A DNA stretch of 63,843 nucleotides, filler included, from Reclinomonas americana ATCC 50394 (Eukaryota), in assembly GCA_048213135.1 (NCBI GenBank). It is 11 parts of 11 records of this genome, joined end to end, with 100 filler letters (N's around TTAATTAATTAA, not from the genome) between each part and the next. Parts side by side here need not be neighbours in the genome. Positions count along the whole stretch, not along the records: positions 58,694 to 62,349 come from AFZH01020967.1; positions 62,450 to 63,843 come from AFZH01020993.1; 9 more parts are not named here. The stretch is one strand, 5' to 3'. The position numbers and the translations under genes are program-made. The notes beneath the pieces are model-generated. The model saw nothing but the letters and a program-made list of their open reading frames with translations, was not told the origin of the DNA and did no database searches. Positions 62,231-63,843 of this stretch are shown here, in pieces. Within the stretch, counting starts at the first letter, position 1; every line of letters starts with the position of its first letter.

Positions 62231-62525
62231 CGTGAGTGGTGAGTAGAGAAGAGGACTGTGGGACGCATTTCATTGGTGTTTTGTGCGCTGTTTTCCCGTT
62301 TTGTGTTGCATGTGTGGCGCTGTTGATGGAAGGCAACGTGGCTGACTTGNNNNNNNNNNNNNNNNNNNNNNNNNNNNNNNNNNNNNNNNNNNNTTAATTA
62401 ATTAANNNNNNNNNNNNNNNNNNNNNNNNNNNNNNNNNNNNNNNNNNNNGATTCAAAAAATGGTTCACATACGGGCACCGGCACATGCACCCCCACGCGG
62501 CGGCGTCGCCTCTGCATGGCGTTTG

Positions 62526-63767
62526 TCACTTGACATAAGTGATAATAGGACGCGTTGGTGGAGATTTGACAGCGTTGGCGGAGCGGAAAACAGCCTTGCT
62601 CTTGGGTGTCGACGGTTGTTCGCGATCGCGAGTTCGCGTCTTGGGTTCCGGTGACTCCGGCAACACTTCAGGGAATGGTGCAATCTGCACATAAAACCAC
62701 AGGAGGTGAGAACGAGAAGAAGTGGTCTGTCCATTCCTGCCTGTGCTCACCGCGCCATGGAATCCTCTCTTTGTCGGCGATGCAGGCTTGAATGGCTTGG
62801 GCGATGCCGAGCCAGAATTGGAGCCAGCTCCCGAGGGTGACGAGGGCAGTGACTGCCTCCGTGACTTGGAGCCGTCGAGTTCGAAGGGCCGGAACACGGC
62901 GTTGCTGTCGAATGGACTGATACTCACTGGCGGCACGGCAGACTTGAACGGCTTGGGGCTGATTAGTTTGCTGCGTTGTGTGGCGTTGTAGGCCTACGGA
63001 GAAACGGGGAACAACGGGCACCGGTGAGTGAGAGTGTTGCGGTGCTGTGTGGTGGTGAAGCGACGGCACCTTTTCGGCCTCTCGTGGAGCGTCAAAGGGA
63101 TCGGGTTCGTGCGTGAACTTGCCGAGAAGGGTACCTGGAGCGCCGTAGCTGCCTCGCCGAGTGGGCGACGTCGACATGCTACGCACAGACCGCGCGACTT
63201 TCTTCGGTGTCGGCTCTCCTCGCTTCCGCACCTCGAAGTGTGGCTGATATTCTGGCGGCGGATTGATGGTGCCGTAGAGAGAGCCCGACCCGGTGGCACG
63301 CTTCGTCGGTGAGCTGAACTTGAATGTGCCGGCGATTGGCCCAGAGCCCTCCAGATCGTGACGTGTTTTGCGCTCAATCAAGAACGGATCTACATAGGGC
63401 TCGCCTCCGATCTGCATCCACGGTGGGTGAGTGAACACACACACACGCACCTACACACGCCCAGAAGCTCTCACTCACCGCCAGCGTCCGCAGTGGCTCG
63501 AACGTGATGCCACCGACTTGGCCGGCTTTCGGCGGGTTGGCAATGAACTGCTTGCCCTTGAGTCGACTGTCCAACTCCTCTGCATCACGCGAAAACGGCA
63601 CGATGAACACACTCCACAGCCTGCGCCTGCGCCTGTGCCTGCGCCTGCGCCTGCACACCACTGCATGCCGCGTGGCGCCACACACCTTTGGTTCCATATG
63701 GATCACCAATGGCAAGAAAGGCCGGCTTGCCAAACGTGCCAAACTGCGACACTCCACTGGCCTCCAT
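62526..63767 (-). CDS. Cilia- and flagella-associated protein 96-like (C4orf47/DUF4586)
   Basis: FLAIGDPY, LKGKQFIANPPKAG, IGGEPYVDP, FKFSSPTKRATGSGSLYGTI, PKPFKPASP motifs. Confidence 0.75.
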
Positions 63768-63843
63768 AGTGTCAAGGATGTATAGTGTGTCGGAGTGTGC
63801 ACGCGCGCGCCACGCAGTGGACGAACAGAGAAAGAGGGGGGAA

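Overview
Gene-dense, GC-rich, intron-rich eukaryotic DNA, probably from a ciliated/flagellated protist (IFT88 and CFAP96-like genes are present). It consists of about 11 contigs joined by N-spacers containing TTAATTAATTAA; several genes continue across the gaps, so the contigs look ordered. About 25 spliced genes can be reconstructed by hand, including SET1-type methyltransferase, SLC35C2-like transporter, HSP20, TMEM69-like, SFSWAP, GINS1, an ankyrin protein with a C-terminal F-box-like motif, CTF18, a DadA-like oxidoreductase, Mpv17, USP, an EF-hand protein, IFT88, two vWA surface receptors, a mitochondrial carrier, ACSF2-like and CFAP96-like. Most introns are 55-85 nt GT-AG. The main finding is a two-class 5' splice-site system. 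About 40 of roughly 100 reconstructed introns start with a one-base-shifted donor (mostly GTTGCG; also GTTGAG, GTTACG, GTTTCG, GTTGTG, GTCGCG) and almost always follow an exon ending in A/C/T. Exons ending in G mostly use the unshifted forms (GTGCG, GTGAG, GTACG, GTTCG, GTGTG). Also notable is a five-copy tandem array of small membrane-anchored A20-like zinc-finger genes, three of them decayed. All gene models and counts are manual and have no transcript support.
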